A stretch of DNA of 63,716 nt, counting the filler, from Lenisia limosa (lineage: Eukaryota; Protista; Breviatea): assembly GCA_001655205.1 (NCBI GenBank). It is 11 parts of 11 records of this genome, joined end to end, with 100 filler letters (N's around TTAATTAATTAA, not from the genome) between each part and the next. Parts side by side here need not be neighbours in the genome. Positions count along the whole stretch, not along the records: positions 47,736 to 50,090 come from LPNZ01003425.1; positions 50,191 to 59,576 come from LPNZ01004255.1; positions 59,677 to 62,220 come from LPNZ01002349.1; 8 more parts are not named here. One strand, 5' to 3'. Below are positions 49,176-60,193 of the stretch, piece after piece. The notes under the pieces were generated by a model that made no database searches, was not told the DNA's origin, and was given only the letters and a program-made list of their open reading frames with translations. The translations under genes were made by a program, and so were the position numbers. Position 1 is the stretch's first letter, and each line of letters starts with the position of its first letter.

Positions 49176-50090
49176 CAGTGCGTGTGATAAGTAATGACAC
49201 TAACTATCTTTTCGCAATTGTATTCATTTTGAGTGAAAAAAACGGCATTTTGCACAAAAAAGTTTAACATGTTAGATTTTTACACGTTAGATTTTCCAGT
49301 TCAGTTCATTTTTCCATATAAGGCAAGTTTATATAAAAAAAACAAAAAAAAACGGCTAAATTTGATTATTTCCACAATTTCTAACTGTACGTGAACCGAT
49401 AATATTATTTTTACAAAACGCTTCCTGATATTCCTGAGCATTTTTATGTGATAAGTCCTGAAAGTATTGAGAATATATCTTGACTATTTTATGTACTATT
49501 TGGGACGTAATATCAGATACAAGTTGAAATTAGCGGTTTAACATGTGCCAAAATCAATTAACAGGATAACGACCCAAAGCACGGCAAAAGTAAGTTCCGT
49601 GTATTTTATATCGTTGCCACTTTTCATCCGCTTTTTAATTCCGTGTTCTAACTGTTTAGCTGTGTAAAAGATATATTTTTGACAATGCCCAATATGAACT
49701 AATGGATTGGATTGGCCTGCGCAATGTCCAGATTTGAACACTGAGCATGCATGATCTACAAAACTGGGCAAATATGGTGTCATACCGACCTCCGAAGCTG
49801 ATATGATGGAAAAATAGGAAGATGCTTGGTCTAAGATACCTTCATCTGCAATTAAAGACCTAATCGACTCCATGCCACGTCGTTGCCAGGCCACTATCAA
49901 CTCAAATAATGGCCCCACCAAATATTAGATTTTTTGGAATTTGTACTGCCTATTTTCCATTATTTTCGAATATACATATTTATTTTGACCAGAGGTAAAA
50001 TAACCTGTCTATTATCACATTTTAAGTCGTGGACGATGCCGTTTTTTTTACTCAAAATGAATAAAATTGCGAAAAGTTTGTTTTTAAAAA
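49176..50090 (+). mobile_element. Internally deleted, decayed Tc1 (DD34E-type) transposon
   Basis: TA-CAGTG left end; 49208-49248 is an inverted repeat of 50036-50076; remnant peptide QDNDPKH, an intron at 49590-49659, then YIFDNAQYELMDW, WPAQCPDLNTEH and EDAWSKIPSSAIKDLIDSMPRRCQATINSNNGPTKY*; several stops and frameshifts; the outer right TIR is cut by the scaffold end. Confidence 0.9.
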
Positions 50091-50190
50091 NNNNNNNNNN
50101 NNNNNNNNNNNNNNNNNNNNNNNNNNNNNNNNNNTTAATTAATTAANNNNNNNNNNNNNNNNNNNNNNNNNNNNNNNNNNNNNNNNNNNN

Positions 50191-53100
50191 AGCGGTCTTG
50201 CCCTCGGCTTGAACCTTCTGGCCGTCCGGGAGGTGTACGTCAAATGGTGCCATCACCCCTTTTGATTAAGACTTTGCTGTGTTACTTTATAAAAATTCAA
50301 TAGGCTATCACTGTGTTATAATAAGAATTAAAGACAATTGAATAAAGACAACAGGAATCGCAAAATCCAAAATCAATCCCCACATTAAACAAATTTGCCG
50401 CCGCCGTGCACATCCAACATTGCAAAAATGTTGTGTTTTTGGTGAATATCAAGTGGAGAAGAGCCAGTAACATCAGAGTAATATCATCACACAAAACATT
50501 AAGCAACACGTATAGAATTTGATTGACCCCCCCCCCCCNNNNNNNNNNNNNNNNNNNNNNNNNNNNNNNNNNNNNNNNNNNNNNNNNNNNNNNNNNNNNN
50601 NNNNNNNNNNNNNNNNNNNNNNNNNNNNNNNNNNNNNNNNNNNNNNNNNNNNNNNNNNNNNATCTTATCTCCTCATGGACAAATCAACCATACCAGTTCC
50701 CTGGAACTCAGAGTCAGGGCAAGTTGTTGTCCTTTACGGTCCACCATGTTCTGTAGGGTGGTGCTTTGTTTGCTTCTTTGTAACGCAACAGGGCAAGACC
50801 TTACTAGCCGATTTCTTTTTTCAAGACCACCACCTCACATCCTGGACTACATGGAACGCTGCTGCGAGGGCTAAAACAGTGAGCCTCCCACGTTTTGTTG
50901 ATGACATAGGGTGGCAAGTCTAAAACGTTCAAAACAGCTTCTCTGAATGCTTTTGCCAAGTATATCAACGCCGAGCTGAGGGAGGTGGGTGTTCACGATC
51001 TTCCCGTTACAAACTAGAGACATATTGCCCTTGATGATGGAAGTAACAGTTCCAAAAGATTCAACCAGGTGAGAATCTCCTTTTGTTGAATTGACTTTAG
51101 ATTCAATTTGTTCTCAAAGAGGCAACCAGCAACGACAGAGTTGCGGTCAAAGTGATTCCGCTGGGTAGGCTTGAAATTTCATGTCATTTTTAGGTGGAGG
51201 CATTCAATCCAATTGGCAGCACGTGTGGAATATTGCTTGTGGGAAGGGCTCCATGACTAATACTATTTTGCGTGATGGTGTGGATGGCTTCGGCCAGATA
51301 CAACCTTGCTTTTATTTCTCATTTGGTATATCATATAATACATATACTACACTACATATTATATATAGTATATATGATATTATATCTGATAAACTCCTTT
51401 AGGCCAATCTGTTTTGCGTGCTCTGCCAAGTCCTGATCTCTCGGTACAGAGCTACTGGAACGAATGGTACCAAGAAACTGGGGTGTCTTATAGACCAAAA
51501 ATCAACGACAGCTTCAAATATCACGTTGGTTATGAAGCTAGGATTGATGTTTTTTACATTTTAGACAGTGAAAGAGATCCAGTCCCCTCTCACGACAATA
51601 TTCAGAAGGGAGTTTGATTCTTCTGTAGGCATATTTGAGTTTTTGTTAACTTGAAAAAACATGAAAATTAAAAGGACATGAATGGATTATATTTGATTTT
51701 TCATGTAATAACATAACATAACTGTTAACTGACACAATAGGCAATAGTCACATTGTTTGACCTGATGTTCAGACTCCAGCCGGTAGCATTTGATCAGTAC
51801 AAACAGTGGGTGAAGGCTGAAGTGTAACGCTTTAGATCAAGTCTAGTGGTTGAAATTGTTACCAAAAAGGACTAGTGGGTGATTAGGCTGCACTCATAAA
51901 GTAGTTTGAAGCGTTTTGTTGAACTGGTCAAGCGGGAAGATTGTGACAAAGTTATCTTTATTTTGGATTTTGACAGCTCCATCCGACCGCGAGCTGCTGC
52001 CCTTGGATGGTATGTTACTTTAGAGGCACTCTGATCTTTCAGCACCGCAGAGGACATTTGGAAAGAAGGTACACGTGCAAGCATTACAAATAGTATCAAA
52101 ATGGACAGCGACTTTGAAATCTCTCTTTCCTCCTTTAACATTTTAGTTGTTTGTGCTTTAGAAACTGTGTCAAGCGTACTGGACCGTCCGATATATATAA
52201 TTGCAAATGTTAGCCGTTCTGAGAACCGGGTAAGCAGTCTTTGCTACCTAACAACCAGCCCGTTCTCCTCGACCTTCCAGACGTTGGTCTTCTTGCTTGG
52301 TATGTTTATGGATTGTTTAACAGTCAAGGCTGCAGATACGACATGATCTTGACATCACGCGGTCATTGGTCGTGGCGCAAAGGAGCCCTTTTTTAAGTAA
52401 TTGCAAGGCGGCAGGAGCAATTGTCTTTGACGCAGAAGTATGTGCTCTTCGATCTCTCACTATTTAGACAGTTTTAGGGTGTCCCCCCGCAAACTCTCAA
52501 CATTATACAAAGTTGGCTATGGAGGACTGCAAAAACTCAACTCGTTTGACAAGAGCTCCGCATCCTCTAGAATGATTTCGCATTAATTTGTTTAGAAACG
52601 TTTATTGTCGGAAGCAGTTAGATTTCACGACGACCATTGAGGCCGTACCAGAGGCATGGGACAGGACCCGCCTCAAATATCTCCAGAGTGGGTGAGAGAA
52701 TGTATGGTATATAGTCTTCGTCTGGCTCTGGGTATTACGCAGAAAGATAGAGTAGCTATATGTAGCTATATTTGAGAACAATGAATAAATATTATGTTTT
52801 TGTCATTTACAGAATGTATCTCATGTGTAAGTGGCTGCGATTCACTCCACAGAATCTTCGTCAGTTCCATGTTCAGATGCACTGCGCTTCAACTCATTGG
52901 GGTAAGTCACGTGCTTCTTGCGTTTATGGTTTAGAATGCCCGTGGTTGGTGAGGTGCTAACAAGCCCTCTGTTTGGCAAGCAAATGAGCCATTCTTTTAT
53001 CGAAGAATTTGCTTGTGTGCGCCATGCTGGTTTCAACATTGTGGCTTCTCAAGGTGAGCTGTGATGTTTTTTACTGCTTCAGACGAAAACAAAAATGAAC

Positions 53101-56100
53101 GACAGTTGAAGCAATTTCCTTTGAGTATTGAAAATGACACATTTGAACACTCCTTTCTTACAGGTATTGTTGGATGCTTGCAGTTATGTAATCTCCTAGA
53201 GCTGATGCAGCCTTCAAACTCCAAGACAATCCCACCCACTCAGCACATAGCAAAGACAACATCAAAAGCTGAGGAAGGTGTTGTAGTACACTGGAACCGG
53301 ACAGAAAACAACGAAATTGTGAGACCGCCAGCAGTCATATCTCGCCCCCTCATGAAGGGCATCAGAACAAAAGGATCCTCAATAGCTCCCAAGCCGACAC
53401 TGTTCACAAAACCCCAGCCTGAAGTGCCTCTTCTCAAGCCTATTGTGCCCTCTTCTGAGCCCCAGAACTTGGACGCTGTATGCTCGAAGGTATTCGAATT
53501 GGGTAAATTATGGGGGTTTTGTTAAGACTTTTTCTGTAGTGGCTGTATAATGAATATTATATCATATTATTGCAGTATGATACATTTAGTATCATAATAT
53601 TTAATCCAACGCCATCACGTCACTCCAGGCTGCTGATCTGCAGTCCTTAAGCCCCAAAGTAGCCTGGCCCACAAGACGACCTCAAGGAGCAGGTGAGACT
53701 CTTCCTCATTCTCACCCATTAGCGCTGGACACCAAACAAGACCCATTGCTCCATGACAGCTGGATACCGTCGTTTGACTTCGGCGAAAGCCCAGACAAAA
53801 CCGCCACACCTGAGAGCCCCCTGCAGACTCCTGAATGCATGATAGATGAAGTGCCAGAAGTCGTGAATGAGTCGCCATTACTGAAGGATTATACTGAGAC
53901 ATCTCTGAAAACAGACCTCCAAGATCCCCTTCCACAGTCGCAAACAACCATCGCCACAGCACACGCCGTCAAAACAGACGCGAAAACCAAAAGGCCACAA
54001 ACCATCGCTCTTGACCCTGAGCTTGAAAACAAACCATTCATTGATAACAATGATGCATTGCCTGTTAACAAACTAAGCACCCCTGAACCCGATCAAGACA
54101 AAGAGCAAACTGATATGGATTTGCACTGGGATAATGTAGAGGATGATACAGTTCATTTATCACCTCCCGAAGAATCGCAAAAACAGACCCCTGATTCCAC
54201 CATCGCGCAGCCACTTGATGAATTCTCATTTCATGAAGCTGACCAAAGCAGCTCCCAGCCAAAACGCGCTCTTTCCGACGATCTGTCATCCTTCAGTACC
54301 CTGACGACGATTCAGTTGAACCCGGCCCGGCCACAGCCTCTGCCGTCAACGCAGTTTTCGGTCTCAACTTCTGTTGCGAGGCTCACCACTGACCAGCACC
54401 ACTCCTCCGTCTGTTACAGTGAATTTATTGGGCACTCGCCGCCCGCTACTGAGCCCAGTCCCCCCAGTCCACACCCTGTGCTCCCTCCTCAAGAAAAACC
54501 CAAGGCACACCGCTCGCCTCCACCCTGTTTTAGACAGTCATATCTTAGCCGCGGCTCGGATTTCGACTCGCTTTCTTCAGACAATGTTGGTTATTGCACA
54601 AGCTGCCCATTTTACTTCTCTAGTCTTCTAAAGCCTCCAAAGCAAAGGAAGCCACATGTGTGCCGCCTCTTGATCCTCCTCTTGGTATGATGGAACGGGC
54701 TTGTTAAGACTAACTTTTTCATTTCTGCATAGTAGGAATATATATATAATTCAGACAGGTGTATTGTTCAATGAAAACGGTGGCTGTTTTTTCATCAATA
54801 TATTGATTTCCTTTTTGTCAGTAACAATAAAGCCCGGGTTCGAAAAGAGACAATCGATGGTCCGCGCCACGTTAGATTCCAGTCAATGGTCAAAGTTGCA
54901 AGTATTAAAACCACATCATCATCATCATTGTCATCAACTCCTGTTGACCTTTCCGCTCCCTTGGTGCCACCGCAGGTACCTGAAGCCAAAATAAGTCCTG
55001 TGCCTTTGCGGATGTTCTCCCCTTCACTGCAGTCAAAGCCTTGTGAGTCCCATGGCTCTCCAATTGGACCTTGCCACACTATGAACGGTATGACTGGCTG
55101 TTGGAATGAATATTTGTTTATGACAAGCCGCTCTCATCATAACATTGACTGACCAAGTAGGATCGGACGCTGCAATCATACAGTCCAATACAAACACTAT
55201 CTTTTCGCAAAATGCCTATTGCTCCCAAAAGCAGAATGAAGAGTCTCCCATGTTGGACTTAAACCCGAACCTTGGCATCCCTTTACCCGCAAGTAAACCT
55301 GAACCAGTAAGCCCCCCAAGTGCCCACATTGCCTCTCCCCTGCCCGTGTCAGAACCGCCAGTTCTCTCCCAGCCTGCACGTGCTGACTTCTTCGATAGTT
55401 CGCCTGAGATTGACGACGGGCTGGATAATGACGAAATTGAAGCCTCGTTACCCCTCACTGCCGACCTGCCACCTTCCCTCCAAACTCAAGATCAATTAAA
55501 GCCCCTTCGGACTAATGACACCCCAATTCGCATCCGGTCGGGTGGTTCTGAGATCCTCTTGCCTGCTCCGAGCCTCTTGTCACTCTCCGAGAAGGAGAAG
55601 GCCGCCCTTTTGTCGGATCCAAATCCCAGTCTTGTAGCAGCACCCATTTCTAAAACTCCTCCTCTCCTCCCAAAAACGCCAAGCGAAAGGCTTCACTCCG
55701 GCATCTCAAAGCAGTCCAGCCACTCTCCAAAACCCCNNNNNNNNNNNNNNNNNNNNNNNNNNNNNNNNNNNNNNNNNNNNNNNNNNNNNNNNNNNNTGTC
55801 GTTTGACCCGAATCCTTACGCCCCAAAGTCCCTAGCCGAGCTAGCCCCATCCGAACCATCCGAGCCATCCCAGACCGTGTACACTATTCCGTCTCTCCGG
55901 ATGCCAGCGGTGTTCCACTACTTCTCCGACAACGCGGACCCGTGCGACGACCTGAGTTGCCGTCCAGGCCGACCCTGCCTGGCATGCACCCCTGCTGCTG
56001 TGTCCAAAGGCAAGGCTTATATCATGGAAACAAGCGAAGTCAACTCAACCAAAAGTGGGCTTTATCACTCTCTTCTCGTTTTGCATTTTGGTTGACGCAG

Positions 56101-59100
56101 CAGATGGAGTTGTTGCAAAGGTGAACCGCTATAATGTGGAGCTTGAGCTGAAGGTTTGTTCCCTTGTGTTCTAGAGGGATGATGTCTTCTCCATATGGTA
56201 TTATTAACATAATATGATATGTACTCTATGATATAAATAAACTTGGGGGTTCTTTACCATACAGGGTTCGCGTATTATGTCAGCGTCTTGCTCTTGCCCA
56301 GTGCCCATTGACGACGATGGTTTGTGGACTGTTGGTAATTAATGTTCAAGACCATAAGCGATGCAAACATGTGGCAGGACTCTGCATGTACCTCAACCCT
56401 ATGGAGTTCCAGACGGCATCGAATGCAGTCAAAGTAACTCTTCCTCAAAAGGTGTGTTTTCTCGTGCTAAAACAAATACTACCATTTCATAAGTTTCTAG
56501 ATTGCTTGATAAATCTTGAATGCTTTGTTGGTTGTTTTCATTGTTTAGACGCCAGAAACACCAAAATCATTTGGCTCCACTGTCCAAGTAAAAACCAAAA
56601 CCAAAGCCCCTCAAAAGGTATGCTCTAATAATTTTGTCAGAAACTCTTTGGGTGGTGTTACATTATCAGTTTCACCACAACACTACCATTTTCATTTCCT
56701 ACAGGTGACTACTCGTCATGAATCCCCGGTTTTAGACTTCTTTAATATCCCTGATGATGAGGAGAGAGTGACCCTCAAGAAGCCTTCCAAGTCCTTTGAA
56801 CAAGAAACACAGTACCCTGAGCCGCCTCTTTTAGTTGTTCCTTCGGAGTCTCAGTTTAAGCTAACAAAACCGCGATATGGTGCCCAGCCTGCCACTAACC
56901 CGGTAACGCCGCCTCCACCTGTGCCCTACCTCAACCCCAAACGGAAGGCTTCTTCCAGAAGTGAAGATGATTGGAAGCTGGACCAAAATAGAAGCGATGC
57001 TGCGAAGAGAGCCAGAAAAGAAGAGCCTTTAGCTGTGCCTGAAAAACGAACCACACGAAAGCTACCCACTTCCCTTCTTGGAGGGTAGGCCACCTTTCCA
57101 TTGTTGTCTTCATTACCGCAAAGCCCCAAACCGACCAGAAAGAAGCCCACGAAGAAGGGAGATCTCGAAACCAGTAAGCTCAATCCTTCCCATTACCTTT
57201 AGAAAAAACATGGAAGGAAGTTGAGACTGAGAAAATCACTGAAAGGAAACCAACAAGGAAGAAAGCAGAGCCCAAGGTTTGTGGAGTAGCATCAAGGTCA
57301 GACTTGGGCTTCAAAACGTGTTCTATGATTTGACCACTCAGAAAGTGGAAACGCCTTCTGTTCCGTCCAAACCCGAAAAATGGCTCCGACCGACCAGGAA
57401 GATACCCGAGTCCCTGACAAGGGCCCAGACAAGTCCGGAATCCAGGAGGGTCTTTGAGCAGCTTGGAAGTGGGTGATCTTTGGTCCAGATTTCATGCTCT
57501 AGATGAGCGGAGAGGTATCAAGAGGCCCAATTCAGTCGAAATGAATCACCTCCGAAATGAGTGGAAAAAAGAGGGCAAACCAGCAAAACGCAAGTCTGGT
57601 TGCGCTTTAGACTTCAAAGGTAGGAAAAGGAGCTTCAAAATGCTGTTTATGTCTACATTTAGTCCATTTTTTGTTTCATAATTCAGTGTCTCTTTGGCCA
57701 GAGCCAGATAAACTTGAGATCAAACCAATTCCTGAGATCAGGCATGAGAAAAAGAAAGTTTGTCCAGATGTTTTCTTACTCGTAGTCAAAACGAAGAATA
57801 GTTTTCAGTAGTTCTGATGATGATGATGAAAAAAAGAGCGAGACCATTCCTGAGAAGCCAAGTGTGATAAATGACTTTGCTGAATTTGGCGATTCTTTGG
57901 AACTGGACCTGCCAAAGCCGAAGCCCCGTACGGAAGCACAAGCCCGGGTTCGTGCCACTCTTCTCAAGCCAAAGCCAGACTACGAAACCCCTTCCTCTCC
58001 TGAGCCTGTTATTGTGAGTTCTTTCTACAATTTATTCTGTAGAATGATTCGAAAAAGTCAAAGTTTGTTTTTTCTCCCCAGCTAGCAACCATTGAGCCAT
58101 CAACACCGCCACAAGAGACTGCTTCATCGAGGTCATCATCTAGTCCGTATTATCAAAGGAAAAGGTGTCCTGTGTCCCTTCCAAACTCCATAGCTGCTAA
58201 AATGAAAACGTCGAAGGTGGGTATACCTGATTAATGTCATGTTTCAGCTGTACATCAGCGGGGCAGTTTCAATTGATGACATTCTCTCCTCGGATGATGA
58301 GAAAGATAAAAATGAAGAGGCTCGAAAACGACTTCGAAGAAAAGGCATTCTCTCACCATGTTTGCCTGTATTTTCACACCCTTCAATCAGAAACCTAGTA
58401 ATAAATATTTGTATTGCCTTTATAATCATATATAGTATACTAAATAAGGCTTACGCACGGTCCGAAAAAACCCGTAAAATAATATCATTTATCGGGACTT
58501 ATCGAGAAATTCAGTCTTTATTGAGACCGAAGGGAAGCCCTATATATAATATATATATACATACTGTATATGCTGCAGCGCAGAAACCGTGTCATTTTTG
58601 CGATATCGTGTCATTTTTGATTTTTGATGTTTTTTTTGGAATGAATTTTAGAGATGTAATAAAGGAAAAATGCAAGCCAGTTTTTTTAACTTAAAACAAT
58701 ACATTCAAAAAAATCACTTCTTAGCCTTCTTTTTCTTCTTTTCCTTAAGCTTTTTAACCGTGCTTTCTCTGGGACCAAGAATGCCACCTTTGTTTGTCGG
58801 AGCCTTTTTTCTGTCGATCTTGAGCTCATCCTTCGTTGCAATAACCTATAATATACATAATCAGTCAAAAACTGATGAAGGTCACTTTACCTGTCATATA
58901 CATGTATATCATATATATATATAATATATATCTATATAATATAGTATGTATAATATTAACATGGTGTAGTGTCTCGGCCCTCCATCCCCGTGCGGAGTAG
59001 ACCCACAACAGTGGCACGATCACCTGTTACAGTAAGTCGACTTTCATTAAGCCCCGCTGTTCTGAAGGAGTCATTTGTTAACCAGACCGGCTCGCCAATG

Positions 59101-59260
59101 ACCAGAAAACTGTCCCGTCAAGCCTCGTCTGTCTCCATAGTGGGTGGACAGCTTAGCGGAAGTGTCACATCATAGAACTCCGACTTTTCCCACCTTGCTG
59201 AAGAGACACAGGCGGCCACGCAACTGACTCAACAAATGGTGAGTAAGGCTCCTGTGCCAT
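50191..59260 (+). CDS. PNKP-related protein: P-loop polynucleotide-kinase domain, degenerate HAD 3'-phosphatase-like domain, long Pro/Ser/Thr/acidic disordered region and SWIM zinc finger (5'-truncated; may be two genes)
   Basis: Spliced VVVLYGPPCS|GKTLLA (Walker A), RHIALDDGSNSSKR, then AIVTLFDLMFRL, DKVIFILDF, RPIYIIAN, LDLPDVGLLAWLQIRHDLDITRSLVVAQ, CKAAGAIVFDAE; later SASCSCPVPIDDD|DHKRCKHVAGL (CxCx11CxH); exon phases checked through the kinase/HAD part and the SWIM part. Confidence 0.75.
51270..51315 (+). repeat. Dispersed repeat family C, intronic copy
   Basis: GCGTGATGGTGTGGATGGCTTCGGCCAGATACAACCTTGCTTTT. Confidence 0.8.
58447..58540. mobile_element. MITE family A, probably intronic
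   Basis: TA-AGGCTTACGCACGGTCCGAAAAAA ... GTCTTTATTGAGACCGAAGGGAAGCCC-TA. Confidence 0.8.
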
Positions 59261-59715
59261 TTCAAGATTGGAATATGTTTTTTCTTTGTGGGAACTATTT
59301 AGTGGGTGTATTTTGCACCTGAAGAGAAGCCAGGCTCATGACGTAGGAAACAGACCTTGACAAACAGTCCCGCATTGGCCGCAGAGAATCCGTCACAAAG
59401 AAGCCTGTTTTTAATGGTTCGTCAGGTTCCAGATTTTACCTTTCAGAGCCCCCAGCCCTTGATTTCTTTAACTTCTGAATTACTACTTCTTTATGTGAGT
59501 CTATTTAATGTATCCTTGATAATCTACTGGTTATTGGCAGCCGCAGAAGGAATCAGTGAAAAGAACTGTATTGTGANNNNNNNNNNNNNNNNNNNNNNNN
59601 NNNNNNNNNNNNNNNNNNNNTTAATTAATTAANNNNNNNNNNNNNNNNNNNNNNNNNNNNNNNNNNNNNNNNNNNNGGGGGGAAGAAACTTTGTTGCCTT
59701 TGTGGGTGATAATTA

Positions 59716-59846
59716 GGGCTCCGTGCAATTTGAAAAATTAATTTGACAATTTGAAGTCGGACATATTATCACAAGAACCATATTCCAGACACTTTATTTT
59801 CAAATTTTGTCAATTAATATCTTCAACAATGAATTGCACGAAGTCG
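59716..59846. mobile_element. MITE family E
   Basis: TA-GGGCTCCGTGCAATT ... AATTGCACGAAGTC; internal sequence aligns with the 35418 and 39143 copies. Confidence 0.8.
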
Positions 59847-60118
59847 TTGTGATAGTACATGTACTATACTACACAAGGTGGTACCTGGCCAAAGCTCTCC
59901 ATATAGTATGTTGAGATGAGAGGCAAAACAAGAGAGTGTCATGCTGTGTAGCCATCTACATCATTTACACTTAGTTGTACCTGGCCAAAGTCGTCCATGC
60001 AGTTTTGAGATGAGAAAAAGATATTAGACACAGCTTTCTGCCTGCCTCTCCAGCATACAGATCATATATTACACGCCATTATGTTTATATGGCCTTCCAC
60101 ATCATCACGTTGGAAAGC

Positions 60119-60193
60119 CAAACAGCTCCGCCATGGGCCAACCAAACAGCTCCGCCATGGACGGCCATCAAAACAGCTCCGCCATTGGCCAAC
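60119..60193. repeat. 24-26 bp minisatellite, 3 units
   Basis: CAAACAGCTCCGCCAT(G/T)G..GGCCA(A/T)C repeated three times. Confidence 0.85.

Noticed and set aside
49538-49921. 127-aa minus-strand ORF
   Set aside because: It is the antisense shadow of the decayed Tc1 transposase on the plus strand.
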